32,000 bases of DNA from Methanobacteriales archaeon HGW-Methanobacteriales-1 (GTDB lineage: Archaea > Methanobacteriota > Methanobacteria > Methanobacteriales > Methanobacteriaceae): assembly GCA_002839705.1 (NCBI GenBank), contig PGYO01000012.1, positions 2,909 through 34,908 of the forward strand, given 5' to 3'. Positions 1 through 10,557 of the stretch are shown here, piece after piece (position 1 is the stretch's first letter; every line of letters begins with the position of its first letter). The position numbers and the translations under genes were made by a program. Under the pieces are notes generated by a model that was not told the origin of the DNA, ran no database searches, and saw only the letters and a program-made list of their open reading frames with translations.

Positions 1-170
1 CTCCTATGACTTTTGGTGTTAATGAGATTGCTTGGACTCGTTTTTTAGCTGGTTGTAGTGCTGTACATAGTGGTAGGAATTTTATTAGTGCAGATGACAT
101 TGTAATGGGGAATAAGGTTTATATTAAGTTGGTTAATACTGATTTGGATAGTTTGATTAGGTCTTTGTAA
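1..170 (+). CDS. 3' end of a hypothetical protein (truncated by window edge); paralog of the next gene
   Basis: The frame is open from nt 3 to TAA at 168-170. It encodes PMTFGVNEIAWTRFLAGCSAVHSGRNFISADDIVMGNKVYIKLVNTDLDSLIRSL, colinear with the last 55 aa of ORF 185..895 (PVTFGVNEIAWLDFLAGCSAVKEGRNYLSVSDIVTANKVYIKLVNTDLDSLIRSL). Confidence 0.7.
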   Translation, partial: PMTFGVNEIAWTRFLAGCSAVHSGRNFISADDIVMGNKVYIKLVNTDLDSLIRSL

Positions 171-184
171 GAGAGGTACTTTTC

Positions 185-895
185 ATGGGTTTTTTTGATA
201 GTAAGCCGAATGATGTGGTTGCGAAAGGTATTATTCGTGATTTTGGTGATGTGCCGGGTGTAGAGGATGTGGTGGATGGTTATTTGGCCTTAGTTGAGTC
301 TGAGGTTTATAAGAAGACGGTTTTCATTGGTTTTGATGGTGGGGCGGATGTTGATGTCGAGGATCTTGTGCTGGTGAAGTGTGCGGTTAAGTATTTGTCT
401 ACTTTTCCTTTGCGCCTGCCTTTTATTCCTTTGTTTGATGTTAAGGATTTTTATGTGACATATACTTTCATTTGGAATATTTGGCGCTGCCAATTAGGCC
501 GAGAACTGAGTCTAGAAGAAAACACAACAGTATTCCACAGCAACCTAACCACACGAATAATATTCCTCTTAGAAGATTTTGATTCCAACTTGGAAACTCC
601 TCCAGTTGATGAAGAGTTTTTTAGGAAGTTGGGTAAGATTAAGAAGAAGGATAAACGTGCTAAAAAATTGATTGATGGATTTTTAGATATTCGGCAGGTA
701 ATTAAAGTTAATACATATTGTGAATCACCAGTTACTTTTGGTGTTAATGAGATTGCTTGGTTGGACTTTTTGGCCGGCTGCAGTGCCGTTAAAGAAGGTC
801 GTAATTATCTAAGTGTGTCTGATATTGTAACAGCTAATAAAGTTTACATTAAATTAGTTAATACGGATTTGGATAGTTTGATTAGGTCTTTATGA
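185..895 (+). CDS. hypothetical protein, member of a tandemly duplicated family; no family recognised
   Basis: 236-aa ORF with GAGAGG about 8 nt upstream of the ATG. The C-terminal 55 aa are conserved with the preceding truncated gene. The coding strand is unusually G/T-rich and C-poor. Confidence 0.6.
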   Translation: MGFFDSKPNDVVAKGIIRDFGDVPGVEDVVDGYLALVESEVYKKTVFIGFDGGADVDVEDLVLVKCAVKYLSTFPLRLPFIPLFDVKDFYVTYTFIWNIWRCQLGRELSLEENTTVFHSNLTTRIIFLLEDFDSNLETPPVDEEFFRKLGKIKKKDKRAKKLIDGFLDIRQVIKVNTYCESPVTFGVNEIAWLDFLAGCSAVKEGRNYLSVSDIVTANKVYIKLVNTDLDSLIRSL

Positions 896-931
896 AATGT
901 TTAATAAGGGTTTATTGATAGGTGATTTTTG

Positions 932-1048
932 ATGGTTGTTTGGCGTAATGTTTTTGCGGTTATAGTTGCTATTTTAAGTTTTATTGTTGGTGGATTGTTG
1001 TTATCGGAGATTTTCCTTACTTATTGGCCGGATTTCGAATTTGAATAA
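932..1048 (+). CDS. possible 38-aa single-pass membrane peptide
   Basis: Not in the ORF track (too short). It encodes MVVWRNVFAVIVAILSFIVGGLLLSEIFLTYWPDFEFE. GGTGAT lies 5 nt upstream of the ATG, the same Shine-Dalgarno form as upstream of mtd. The core is hydrophobic, and the G/T-rich composition matches the upstream paralogs. Confidence 0.4.
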   Translation: MVVWRNVFAVIVAILSFIVGGLLLSEIFLTYWPDFEFE

Positions 1049-1354
1049 AAGAAGAATAAAAATAATCTATTATTATAAATTAGACTATTTGCCCTTTTTT
1101 TTAGTGGTGGGACTTCATGGAATGGGCCATGCTTAATATTTATTGTAAAAAGAAAAAGATGAAGGAAATAATTGAAAAGACCAGTGATTAAAATCAAATT
1201 AACCGAATAACTACTTATTTAATAAGGCAATTAAAGCTATTCGGGATAGTGAAATATTTTTCTATTAATAATCAATAATAACTTCTATTTTTTAAAAAAT
1301 TATTTTAAATAAATAAAAAAAATATTTTATTTATGTAACCATTTTCAACAATAT

Positions 1355-3067
1355 TCACATGCTCTCTGGAGCACTGACTCCCAGTAATTCCAGACAGTTA
1401 TGAATAGTGGTCTTACTGCGATCCACCAAGACCAAACGGGCCTTCTCATAATCGGATCCAATCACGGGGGTGGCCTTGTAGAATTTATTAAATGCACTTG
1501 CCAGATCCTGGGCATACTGGGCCAGATTATGTACTCTTCTAATTCGGGCAGACTCCTCCACCATATTAGGGAATTTGGAAAGAGTTCTAATCAGATCAAT
1601 TTCCACCTCATCCAACACCCAGTTTTCTTCTAATTCCAGTTCTTTCAACTGACCATCAATTAATAAACCTGATTTTTCTAGTAATTTACCGGCACGAGCA
1701 TGAGCATACTGAATGGAAGCACAACCCCTTTCAAAACTCAAAGCTTCATCCCATTTAAACACAATGTGCTTTTCTGGTGATAATCGGGCAATATAATATC
1801 TTATGGCCCCAATACCAATTTCTCTGGCGATTTTCTGAGATTCTTCTTCGGTTAAATCGGATCTTCGGGATTTAATTTCTTTCATGGCCCTATCAATGGC
1901 TTCGTCCATTAAATCATCCACAGAAATAAATACTCCTCTTCGAGTGGACATGGAACCTTCAGGCAGGGTTATGAATTCATAAAAAATCACTTCTGGAGAT
2001 TTTCCACCTAGAAGTCCCATAGCAATTCTTATCTGGTCAATAGCCAGTTTATGGTCTGATCCTAAAATATCAAGTACCACATCCCCCTTCTCAGATTTTT
2101 CCAGGTGATATGCCAAGTCTCTGGTGGAATAAAGGGAGGTTCCATCTGACCTGGTAAGTATTAGTTCCTTTTCAATCCCGAATTCTTCTAAATCCAGGTA
2201 GAGAACTTCATTGGTTTTGGTGTGGCCACTTTCTTTAAGGCGTTCCACCACATCCCACACGGCATTGTTTCTCACGAATTTCCCTTCCCATACAAAATCG
2301 TCGTGGTGTACATGCAGCCGGTTCATGGTGATTTCCATACCTTGTAGACAGCTATCTACTGCAATTTTAAATGTGGCATTAAGTTCTTTGTCTTTTCCAG
2401 ACTCATAACGTCTAATAAGTTCATTAATTTCTTCTCTTAATTCAGGTTCTTCTTTTAATTTTTCATTGACTTGGAAGTAGAGTTTACCAATCTGGTGATC
2501 CTTTTTTTCACCTTCACCATATTCTTCCAGCTTTTTCCCAAGATTTAAGATTCCCCACACTACCATGGCAATTTGCCGACCCATATCATTGACATAGTAC
2601 TGAGTTTCCACATCATAACCTGCTGATTTTAAAACCCTGGCCAGTGAATCACCAATAATGGCATTTCTAATGTGGCCTATGTGTAATGGCCCATTAGGGT
2701 TGGCGGATGTATGTTCCAGAACCATTTGTTCGGATAATGAGAGTAATTGACCGTAATTTTCATCTATTCCTTCTAAAACTATTTTTGAAAAATTCTGATA
2801 ATTAACATAGAAATTTATGTATGGTCCCTTTGATTCCACTTTAAGGAATGTTTTTGGAGTTTCCAGAACCTTTAAAATGTTTTGAGTTATTTCCATAGGG
2901 GATTTTTTCAGTTCTTTGGCCAGTTGAAATGAAACTGTGGTGGCCAGATCACCCATTTTGGGATTGGGAGGTATTTCTAGTTTTATTTCGTCAGGAATCG
3001 GATAATCAAGATTTAATAAAGCTTTTTTTAATGAGTTTAATGCTTCTTCTTCAATTAAGGCAAACAT
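1355..3067 (-). CDS. argS: arginine--tRNA ligase (ArgRS)
   Basis: 570 aa with the class I HIGH motif in [19 protein letters not shown]. Length and overall layout are typical of ArgRS, including a C-terminal anticodon-binding-like region. Confidence 0.96.
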   Translation of the reverse strand: MFALIEEEALNSLKKALLNLDYPIPDEIKLEIPPNPKMGDLATTVSFQLAKELKKSPMEITQNILKVLETPKTFLKVESKGPYINFYVNYQNFSKIVLEGIDENYGQLLSLSEQMVLEHTSANPNGPLHIGHIRNAIIGDSLARVLKSAGYDVETQYYVNDMGRQIAMVVWGILNLGKKLEEYGEGEKKDHQIGKLYFQVNEKLKEEPELREEINELIRRYESGKDKELNATFKIAVDSCLQGMEITMNRLHVHHDDFVWEGKFVRNNAVWDVVERLKESGHTKTNEVLYLDLEEFGIEKELILTRSDGTSLYSTRDLAYHLEKSEKGDVVLDILGSDHKLAIDQIRIAMGLLGGKSPEVIFYEFITLPEGSMSTRRGVFISVDDLMDEAIDRAMKEIKSRRSDLTEEESQKIAREIGIGAIRYYIARLSPEKHIVFKWDEALSFERGCASIQYAHARAGKLLEKSGLLIDGQLKELELEENWVLDEVEIDLIRTLSKFPNMVEESARIRRVHNLAQYAQDLASAFNKFYKATPVIGSDYEKARLVLVDRSKTTIHNCLELLGVSAPESM

Positions 3068-3320
3068 GAATACACCTGGTAATATTTAGTAAAAATAATG
3101 ATTAATAGAATAAATCATTTAATTTAAGTAAAAATTTACTTTTAATATAAATCATCTTATGATTTAATTTCTTTTATTAATAAAATTAACATTATTTAAT
3201 GAGGAAATTTATAAAAATTTATAAAAAATTGATTATTATCAAAAATAATTTTTTTATTTTAATTTAAAATAAAAGGAATTATTAAGTGATTAAGGGTTTA
3301 TTCTTAATTCTTTAATTAAA

Positions 3321-3755
3321 TTATAATCCCTTGATCCAAAGAGTTATATATCCAATTCTAGGAATGAAAATCGGCTGATTTCCTATAGTTATTACTCTAG
3401 CAGTTATTTGCGAGGGATACACTACTGCAGGATCGGGAACGGGATTATTATCTCCTTTTATAATGTAATATTTTGTACCGTTTTTAGCAGTTCCAGTCGC
3501 AACAACCCGGTGAATGACGGGATCAGGGAACCAATTGGCATTGTAAATTACAATATCTCCTTTTTTAACATCTTCTGGATTAAACTCATGTATTCCCAAA
3601 AAATTTGCTTTTTCTACTAGAACTATGTCTCCTCGGTAAAAAACCGGTTCCATACTTCCAGATACCACAACATTCATGTGCTGGGCTGCTATTACTCCAA
3701 TGATAATAATTGCGATATAAATTGCAATTTCTTTGATTTGATCGTTATCAGCCAT
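3321..3755 (-). CDS. signal peptidase I (S26 family, archaeal/Sec11 type)
   Basis: N-terminal TM helix ([15 protein letters not shown]), followed by the catalytic Ser box [16 protein letters not shown] and a GDN box ([11 protein letters not shown]). Confidence 0.85.
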   Translation of the reverse strand: MADNDQIKEIAIYIAIIIIGVIAAQHMNVVVSGSMEPVFYRGDIVLVEKANFLGIHEFNPEDVKKGDIVIYNANWFPDPVIHRVVATGTAKNGTKYYIIKGDNNPVPDPAVVYPSQITARVITIGNQPIFIPRIGYITLWIKGL

Positions 3756-3957
3756 TCAAACACCTAATTTGCCTGTGATTTATTTAAATTTTACTTATTA
3801 ATTTCTTCTAAATTGGGTTAAAAATATTAATTCAATAATATTTTATCAAAATTACTTTATTCAAATGAATATTCTTCACTTTTTATCATTTGAATGCAAA
3901 TTGTTATTATACTTATGCCCAACTTAGTTTTCCATATTTTTTAGATTTTTAGAGATA

Positions 3958-5613
3958 TTATCTTAAAATTCCACCTTTATCTGCTGAACTGGCCAGTTTT
4001 TGATATCGGGCAAGCCAGCCCTTAAGTTTTCTTTCAGGTTTAACTGCAGATGCAATTCTTTCTTGAATTTCATCATCAGAAAGTTCTACTTCTAGAATTC
4101 TTTGAGGTATGTCAATTTTTATAATATCTCCGTCACGGACCGCGGCTATAGGTCCATCTGCCATGGCTTCAGGAGATACATGGCCAATACACGGGCCTCT
4201 AGTTCCTCCAGAGAATCTTCCATCTGTTATAAGGGCCACAGATTTTATTCCCATCCCCACAATGGCGGATGTTGGATTTAACATTTCTCTCATACCGGGG
4301 CCTCCTTTAGGGCCTTCATATCGAATGACAATAATGTCTCCTTCTTTGATCTGGTGGTTAAATATGGCCTCTACGCACTCATCTTCACTATCAAATACTC
4401 TAGCTGGCCCAGTATGGGCCATCATATTCTCATCAACGGCACCTTGTTTGATAACTGAACCATTAGGTGCAAGATTGCCCTTAAGAACAGCTATTCCTCC
4501 TTCAGTATGCACCGGATTTTCTAGAGACCTGATAACTGTTTCATCACGCACTTCCACCCCTTTCAGATTTTCTTCTATAGAAATGCCAGTGCATGTCGGG
4601 TTTTGAGTGTTTATCTTGCTTGCCAGAGTTTTTAAAACAGCTGGAATTCCTCCTGCCCGATCCAGGTCCAGCATCATGTGTTCTCCTGCAGGAGATATTG
4701 ATGCAATGTGTGGAATTTCCTTACTCATTTTATCAAAAAGCTCCAGATCAACTTTAACTCCTTTATCTTCCAGTTCGCTGGCAATGGCTGGAATGTGTAA
4801 GGCAGTGTTACTGGAACCACCTAATGCTAAATCAACAGCCACAGATGTTCTAAATGCGTCTTGAGTCATTATTTGGGAAGGTAATAGTTGTTCTCTAACC
4901 ATTTCTACTATACGAGCACCAGATAATCGTGCAATGCGCATTTTTTTAGAATCTACAGCATGGGCTGTTGCACATCCTGGTAAACTCATTCCTAGAGCTT
5001 CCGTGAGACAGGCCATGGTGTTGGCAGTGAATAAACCAGCACAGGATCCTGCTCCAGGACAGGCGCATCTTTCTAACTCACCCAGTTCTTCTTCAGTCAT
5101 TTTACCAGAAGTGACTGCCCCTACTCCTTCATAGACATTTATGAGGTCTACAGCTTTGCCTTGGAATTTTCCAGGCATCATAGGTCCTCCAGTGACTACA
5201 ATACAAGGTATATCTAGACGTGCAGCGGCCATGAGCATACCAGGAACTACTTTATCACAAGTAGGCATTAAAACCAGCCCATCTAAGCTGTGGGCTTGAG
5301 CCATGCTCTCCACAGTATCTGCGATTATTTCCCTTGATGCTAGCGAGTAACGCATTCCATCATGATTCATGGCAATTCCATCACAAATGGCCATGGTATT
5401 AAATTCAAATGGTACTCCGCCAGCTTGACCTATTCCAACTTTAACAGTATCAGCTAACTCTCTTAGGTGAATGTGACCAGGTACTATGTCGGTGTAGCTA
5501 TTGGCAATACCTATAAATGGTTTTTCAAAGTCATCATCAGTCACGCCGCAGGCCCGGAGTAGAGACCGGTGAGGGGCTCTTTGTATGCCTTTTTTTATGT
5601 TATCACTTCTCAT
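3958..5613 (-). CDS. ilvD: dihydroxy-acid dehydratase
   Basis: 551 aa with IlvD/Edd hallmarks: N-terminus [27 protein letters not shown] and [12 protein letters not shown]. Confidence 0.96.
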   Translation of the reverse strand: MRSDNIKKGIQRAPHRSLLRACGVTDDDFEKPFIGIANSYTDIVPGHIHLRELADTVKVGIGQAGGVPFEFNTMAICDGIAMNHDGMRYSLASREIIADTVESMAQAHSLDGLVLMPTCDKVVPGMLMAAARLDIPCIVVTGGPMMPGKFQGKAVDLINVYEGVGAVTSGKMTEEELGELERCACPGAGSCAGLFTANTMACLTEALGMSLPGCATAHAVDSKKMRIARLSGARIVEMVREQLLPSQIMTQDAFRTSVAVDLALGGSSNTALHIPAIASELEDKGVKVDLELFDKMSKEIPHIASISPAGEHMMLDLDRAGGIPAVLKTLASKINTQNPTCTGISIEENLKGVEVRDETVIRSLENPVHTEGGIAVLKGNLAPNGSVIKQGAVDENMMAHTGPARVFDSEDECVEAIFNHQIKEGDIIVIRYEGPKGGPGMREMLNPTSAIVGMGIKSVALITDGRFSGGTRGPCIGHVSPEAMADGPIAAVRDGDIIKIDIPQRILEVELSDDEIQERIASAVKPERKLKGWLARYQKLASSADKGGILR

Positions 5614-5748
5614 GAAACCACCATAATTTTTTATTTTTATAATAAATTCATTGGATTTTTAAATAATTATTTGAAATTTAACTAAAATTAGCTTAGTAAA
5701 ATTATTCTATAAATATTATTTTATGTTTGAAACTTATATAAATTAAAC

Positions 5749-6990
5749 ATGGATACTTTACTGATTCTGAAGTTTGTTATTGCCCTGGCCATTGGTGCAC
5801 TGGTTGGTCTAGAAAGGGAACGAAAAAGTAAGGAAACTGAATTTGCAGGAATAAGAACTTTTATCTTTATAGCCCTTTTAGGTATATTATCGGCCTATCT
5901 ATCGGAGATATTTACCTATTTCTATTTAATCGCATTCGCAGGACTTTCATTTTTAGTAGGACTTAGCTACTGGGTCAGCACTCGGGATAATGGGGATGTG
6001 GGCCTTACCACGGAAGTAGCTGCTCTTTTAACTTTTTCTCTGGGATTAATGTGCTACTGGGATGATGGATATAAACTGGCACCCATTTTAGCCATTATAA
6101 TAACTACTTTACTGGCTTTAAAACCAGGTTTACACAAAATAGCGCAAAAAATCAGCCAAAAAGAGATGACAGATACCTTAAAATTCTTGATTATTGCCTT
6201 TGTTATCTTGCCTCTTTTACCCAACCAGACCATGGGGCCCTGGGAGGTGTTTAATCCTTATCAAATATGGCTTATGGTAGTTTTTATTTCGGGAATAAGT
6301 TATGCGGGTTATATTTTGATGAAAATTGTGGGTCCTGAGCGCGGTCTGGGCCTGACTGGAGTTGTGGGAGGATTAGTTTCTAGTACTGCAGTTGTCACAG
6401 CTATGGCGGCCAGGGTAAGGGAATCAGATGCTTTAATGAAAGCAGCCGTTTTTGCTGCGGTGGTGGCCAGTTCCATGATGTTTTTAAGGATATTTTTCGA
6501 GGTTCTGGTTATAAATCCTTCTCTGGCACCGCTTTTAGCAGCGCCTATGATAGTAATGGGAGTTTTAGGAATTTTATTGGGAATTGCAGTATGGAAAAGC
6601 TCAGCGATTAAAGAGATGGATTCAGAGATTAAGCTAAAAAATCCATTTTCCCTAAAACCGGCTCTGATTTTTGGAGCATTATTCATAGTGATTTTGTTTA
6701 TAAGTAAATTGGCCAGCATTTATTTAGGTAGTAGAGGAGTTTATTTAGCAAGTATAATTTCCGGGGTGGCTGATGTGGATGCCATTACTATAAGTATGGC
6801 CCTTCTGGCTCAGGATAATGTTTTATCTTCTACTACGGCGGTCACGGCTATAACTTTGGCCAGCATATCCAATACCCTAGTTAAATTTGGTATTGCTCTA
6901 TTTTTAGGAACTAGAAATTTCGGGAAAAACTTAGGAGTTTTATTTGCTATTATTATTTTAGCAGGCCTTCTAGCAGTATTTTTCATTTAA
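5749..6990 (+). CDS. MgtC/SapB-family membrane protein with DUF4010-like C-terminal half
   Basis: 413 aa and polytopic. The N-terminus ALAIGALVGLERERK...GIRTF is the MgtC signature, and the long hydrophobic C-terminal half is typical of MgtC+DUF4010 fusions. Confidence 0.75.
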   Translation: MDTLLILKFVIALAIGALVGLERERKSKETEFAGIRTFIFIALLGILSAYLSEIFTYFYLIAFAGLSFLVGLSYWVSTRDNGDVGLTTEVAALLTFSLGLMCYWDDGYKLAPILAIIITTLLALKPGLHKIAQKISQKEMTDTLKFLIIAFVILPLLPNQTMGPWEVFNPYQIWLMVVFISGISYAGYILMKIVGPERGLGLTGVVGGLVSSTAVVTAMAARVRESDALMKAAVFAAVVASSMMFLRIFFEVLVINPSLAPLLAAPMIVMGVLGILLGIAVWKSSAIKEMDSEIKLKNPFSLKPALIFGALFIVILFISKLASIYLGSRGVYLASIISGVADVDAITISMALLAQDNVLSSTTAVTAITLASISNTLVKFGIALFLGTRNFGKNLGVLFAIIILAGLLAVFFI

Positions 6991-7097
6991 ATTTACAAAA
7001 AAAGATTAAAATCAGTTTAGTTAAGATTTAAAATTAGAATTATTTTTAGAAGTTATTTTATAGTAATATCTCTGGCTTAGAATTAAAGAAAGAAATA

Positions 7098-7424
7098 TTA
7101 TTGGGATTTTATCATAGTTAAAATCATTTTATACTTCTCTACAGCATGCAGAGCATGGGGAACATTGGCGGGCATTATAATTATTTCCCCTTTTTTGACA
7201 GTATTTTCTTCTCCCCCAATGCTTATTCGTGCCGTTCCATCAACTATCTGCACCATGGCATCAAAAGGAGCACTGTGTTCACTGAGGCCCTCTCCCTCAT
7301 CAAAGGCAAATATAGTCACGGTGCCAGTTTCTTTTCTTACTATTTCTCTACTAACTACCGATCCTTCTTGATAGTCTATTAAATCATCTATGGCCAGTGC
7401 TTTTGATTTTAGGTCTTCCTGCAT
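7098..7424 (-). CDS. cupin-domain protein
   Basis: 108 aa with the cupin_2-like motif GEIIIMPANVPHALHA and a preceding beta-rich region. Confidence 0.65.
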   Translation of the reverse strand: MQEDLKSKALAIDDLIDYQEGSVVSREIVRKETGTVTIFAFDEGEGLSEHSAPFDAMVQIVDGTARISIGGEENTVKKGEIIIMPANVPHALHAVEKYKMILTMIKSQ

Positions 7425-7632
7425 TTAATCACCATTATAATGTTTATTTTTTAAATAATAAAAACATTATTTCTTTTAAATTTATTTTTTTAATTAATTC
7501 TTTAAATAATCATAGAAAAATAGAAAAAACGGAATAAACTTTTTATGTAAATAATAAGGATATAATTCACTAATTTTAATAATTTTAACTGGGGGAATGT
7601 TTAAAAAATAAAATATAATAATATGGGTCTAA

Positions 7633-9015
7633 TTAAAGTCCCATAATCTTTTTAATATCTTCTTCTGCATCACCGATTGGTTTAAGGTCGTAGTTTTCTA
7701 CTAAGACATTCAGGATATCATCATTGGCCCAGCCCGGTAAAATTGGTCCAATGTACATTCCTTTAAGATCTAGGGCCAGTAAACTCCAGAGGATAGCGGC
7801 TGCTTTTTGTTCCATCCAGCTTAAAACAATGGTTAATGGTAGTTCATTTAGTCCTACGCCGAATAATTCTGTTAAAGCTACAGCAACATCTACAGCTACA
7901 ATGGCATCGTTACATTGGCCTATATCTATGAGTCTTGGTACTCCTTCAATGTCTCCCAAGTCCATAGCATTGAATCGGTATTTACCACAAGCTAAGGTTA
8001 AAACCACGGTGGTGTCTGGTAAATTTTTCACAAATTCAGTGTAGTATTTGGCCTGGATTAATGGGGAGTCACATCCACCTACTAATATGAATTGTTTGAT
8101 TTTTCCAGCTTCTACCAGTTCTTTAATCTTAGGTGCTAGTGAAAGGATGGTTGAAGCTCCGAATCCAGTGGTTAAAGTGGTTTCTTTTACTTCTTCTTCT
8201 AGATCACCTAGTTCTAAGGCTTTTTCTATGGCCGGAGTGAAGTCGTAATCTTCTATATGTTGCACTCCTGGAAGCTCGGCTACACCCACAGTGTACATTC
8301 TTTCTTTGTACTCGTCTTTTGGAATTAGAACACAGTTAGAAGTTCCTACAATGGCTACTGGGTATTTGGAGAAGGTATCTCTTTGATCAAACCAAGGACC
8401 TCCTAATTGTCCCACTAAATGCTTGTATTTTTTAAGACCAGGATATCCATGTGCCGGGAGCAATTCGGAGTGGGTGTAAACATTGATTCCTTTCCCTTCG
8501 GTTTGTTTTAAGAGTTCTTCTAAAGCTTTTAGACTGTGGCCGGTGGCTACAATCCCTGGGCCTTTTACAGCACCAACAGCCACTTCAGTAGGCACAGGTT
8601 CGCTATAAGTGTCGATGTGGGCCTTTTTTAGAAGTTGCATGGCTTTAATATTCATGTTACCTGCTTCTAAGGCCAATTCTACAAATTTACCTGCATCAAA
8701 GTTAACATTAGTTAAAGTAGAGTAGAACCCTCTTTCTAAAAATGCGTCAACTTCATCATCACTGTAACCTAATTCCCGGGCATGGTAAAGGTAAGCACTT
8801 ATTCCTTTAATGGCAAACAGTAGGTTGTCCTGTAATCTGGCAACGGTCGGTTCTTTTCCACATACTCCTCTAATAGTACATCCAGTTCCCTTTGCAGTTT
8901 GGGAGCACTGGTAACAAAACATATCTAATGAATCTTTTTTCTCCACTTTATCTCCTCCTTCAACAATCTGATTTTGATTTTTATTAATTCCACGAATTGA
9001 ATCTATAAATCCCAT
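7633..9015 (-). CDS. hcp: hybrid-cluster protein / hydroxylamine reductase
   Basis: N-terminal Cys cluster [16 protein letters not shown]...GVCGK and C-terminal hybrid-cluster region (GGCDS, GQCNDA). ATG 9015 has GAGGAG upstream. In-frame alternatives are GTG 8946 and the canonical MFCYQC ATG at 8922. Confidence 0.92.
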   Translation of the reverse strand: MGFIDSIRGINKNQNQIVEGGDKVEKKDSLDMFCYQCSQTAKGTGCTIRGVCGKEPTVARLQDNLLFAIKGISAYLYHARELGYSDDEVDAFLERGFYSTLTNVNFDAGKFVELALEAGNMNIKAMQLLKKAHIDTYSEPVPTEVAVGAVKGPGIVATGHSLKALEELLKQTEGKGINVYTHSELLPAHGYPGLKKYKHLVGQLGGPWFDQRDTFSKYPVAIVGTSNCVLIPKDEYKERMYTVGVAELPGVQHIEDYDFTPAIEKALELGDLEEEVKETTLTTGFGASTILSLAPKIKELVEAGKIKQFILVGGCDSPLIQAKYYTEFVKNLPDTTVVLTLACGKYRFNAMDLGDIEGVPRLIDIGQCNDAIVAVDVAVALTELFGVGLNELPLTIVLSWMEQKAAAILWSLLALDLKGMYIGPILPGWANDDILNVLVENYDLKPIGDAEEDIKKIMGL

Positions 9016-9060
9016 CTTATCTCCTCTTATAACGTCTTAATATTTTGACTAATGGCGTTC

Positions 9061-9216
9061 TTATATGGCTTCGAACTGATCTTTACCCACAAAACACAGA
9101 GGGCAGACCCAATCGTCAGGAAGGTCTTTAAAAGAGGTTTCAGGCTCTATACCATTTTCAGGATCTCCATTTTCAGGATCGTATATGTATGCGCAAACTA
9201 TACATCGGTACTTCAT
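9061..9216 (-). CDS. rubredoxin
   Basis: Absent from the ORF track. The minus strand encodes [51 protein letters not shown] (51 aa), with CxxC...CPxC, the YIYDP box and the DDW motif. GGAGAT lies 6 nt upstream of the ATG. The gene ends 45 nt upstream of hcp. Confidence 0.9.
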   Translation of the reverse strand: MKYRCIVCAYIYDPENGDPENGIEPETSFKDLPDDWVCPLCFVGKDQFEAI

Positions 9217-9510
9217 TTATTATCTCCAGATTTTTTCCCTATATTAAAACCTATCAGTAAAGTATAAATAGTTTTTGTCACTAAGGGAGTATAAAATGAA
9301 ACAAATTTATTTCATTATTTTCAATAAAATTTCCTAAAATTATTAATTAAATCGCATGGTAATTTTAATCATAAGAGAAAATTAATCACATATTATAATT
9401 CATAAAATATTTTATTTTCATTTAATTTTGAAAATAAACATATTCTATCATAATCTGATGTATATTGATTAATTTTAAATTAATTCAGCTTTAATTAGGA
9501 GCTAACAAGG

Positions 9511-10329
9511 ATGCCTATCGACCAAAAAACATGGAATTCATTGAAAACAATGGGATTAACTGATTATGAGGCCACTACTTATCTGGCTTTGACCTCCATG
9601 ATCTCAGGCACAGCTACCGAAATTAGTATGGCCTCCAAAGTCCCTAGATCTCGAGTATATGACATACTGAAGAATATGGCCCGTAAAGGATTTGTGGAAA
9701 TTGAAAGAGGCAGACCATTAAAATATACAGTGGTTTCCCCCGCTGAAGTTTTTTATAGAAATAAGCAGAAATTACTGGAGGATCTGGAAGAAGCTGAATT
9801 GGATCTCACCAGTACCTATGAAAGCCAAATTTCCAAATTACCAGCACCCATATGGCTTATTCATGGTCCTGAAAAAATTATTCGCAAAGAAATGGAAATT
9901 ATAACTCGGGCCAAGGAAAGCATTAATATACGGGCTGGTTTCATGTTCAAAGAAGAGGCAGAGAATCTTAAAGAAAAGATTAATCAGGCCGCACGCAGGG
10001 GAGTAAAAACGAAAATAATGGCCGCTCCCTTTACTGTTATTGATGATAAAAAAATCCATCTATCCAAGGAATTGAAGGGAATAAAGGCGGAAGTTAGAAT
10101 TTACCAGATACCATTCGTTAAAATGATTGTCCGGGACGGTAAAGAAATGATGCTCATATTTTCCAAATTTTCAGGAGAAGAGAAGAAGGCCGTAGCCCAA
10201 AGTGCCATTGGTGTCTGGAATCAGTATCCGGAAATCGCTCAAAACTATGCCAATGTATTTGAGAATATGTGGGAAGGGGATATGCCTAAAAGACCAGAAA
10301 AATTTAAAAAAAATAGTTTTAAAGATTAA
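9511..10329 (+). CDS. TrmB-family transcriptional regulator
   Basis: N-terminal winged HTH LGLTDYEATTYLALTSMISGTATEISMASKVPRSRVYDILKNMARKGFVE is typical of TrmB. The 272-aa length includes a C-terminal effector-like domain. Confidence 0.85.
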   Translation: MPIDQKTWNSLKTMGLTDYEATTYLALTSMISGTATEISMASKVPRSRVYDILKNMARKGFVEIERGRPLKYTVVSPAEVFYRNKQKLLEDLEEAELDLTSTYESQISKLPAPIWLIHGPEKIIRKEMEIITRAKESINIRAGFMFKEEAENLKEKINQAARRGVKTKIMAAPFTVIDDKKIHLSKELKGIKAEVRIYQIPFVKMIVRDGKEMMLIFSKFSGEEKKAVAQSAIGVWNQYPEIAQNYANVFENMWEGDMPKRPEKFKKNSFKD

Positions 10330-10557
10330 TAGATGTATATCGTTTAATCTCCAGCTTCATCTCTTTATTAATTATAAAAAAACAAAACATTTCATTATTA
10401 TAAATGTATACCAAATTATAATGAATAATGGAAAATCATTTTCTTGAGGATAATCTTATATAATAATATTGCAGATTTTATTTATAGATAATTATATAAT
10501 ATTTTTATATTAATTCTAGAAGAAATTATACTCCTTTTCATAGGAGAAGGTGATTAA

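Noticed and set aside
3-895. Diversity-generating retroelement (template/variable repeat) explanation for the two related 3' gene ends
   Set aside because: Differences between 3..170 and 728..895 are spread over all four bases and include many synonymous changes, not adenine-specific substitutions. No reverse transcriptase is in view. Ordinary diverged paralogs explain the data.
1049-1354. Attachment site or island boundary between the G/T-skewed paralog region and argS
   Set aside because: Composition does change here. I see no tRNA fragment, no direct repeat pair and no integrase within the window, only an imperfect 10-bp inverted repeat (CCGAATAACT / AGCTATTCGG, around 1203-1246). The window alone cannot support this.
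4109-5134. Three plus-strand ORFs (165, 85 and 66 aa) inside ilvD
   Set aside because: They are antisense shadows of a GC-richer, highly conserved gene, with Ser/Pro/Ala-rich nonsense composition. The same applies to 1400..1633 and 2211..2408 (argS), 6309..6719 (MgtC-like), 7724..8248 (hcp), 20698..21027 and 21236..21517 (mtd), 28412..29095 (fae-hps) and 30768..31371 (trpB2).
9052-9267. 71-aa plus-strand ORF from the track
   Set aside because: It lies exactly antisense to a textbook rubredoxin gene (9061..9216, minus). It has no Shine-Dalgarno and no recognisable motifs, so it is a shadow ORF.
10531-10546. Shine-Dalgarno-sequestering hairpin or operator in the thrS leader (CTCCT tttcat AGGAG)
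   Set aside because: The stem is only 5 bp. The stronger GAAGGTGAT ribosome-binding site immediately downstream remains unpaired, and the loop does not mimic a tRNA-Thr anticodon.
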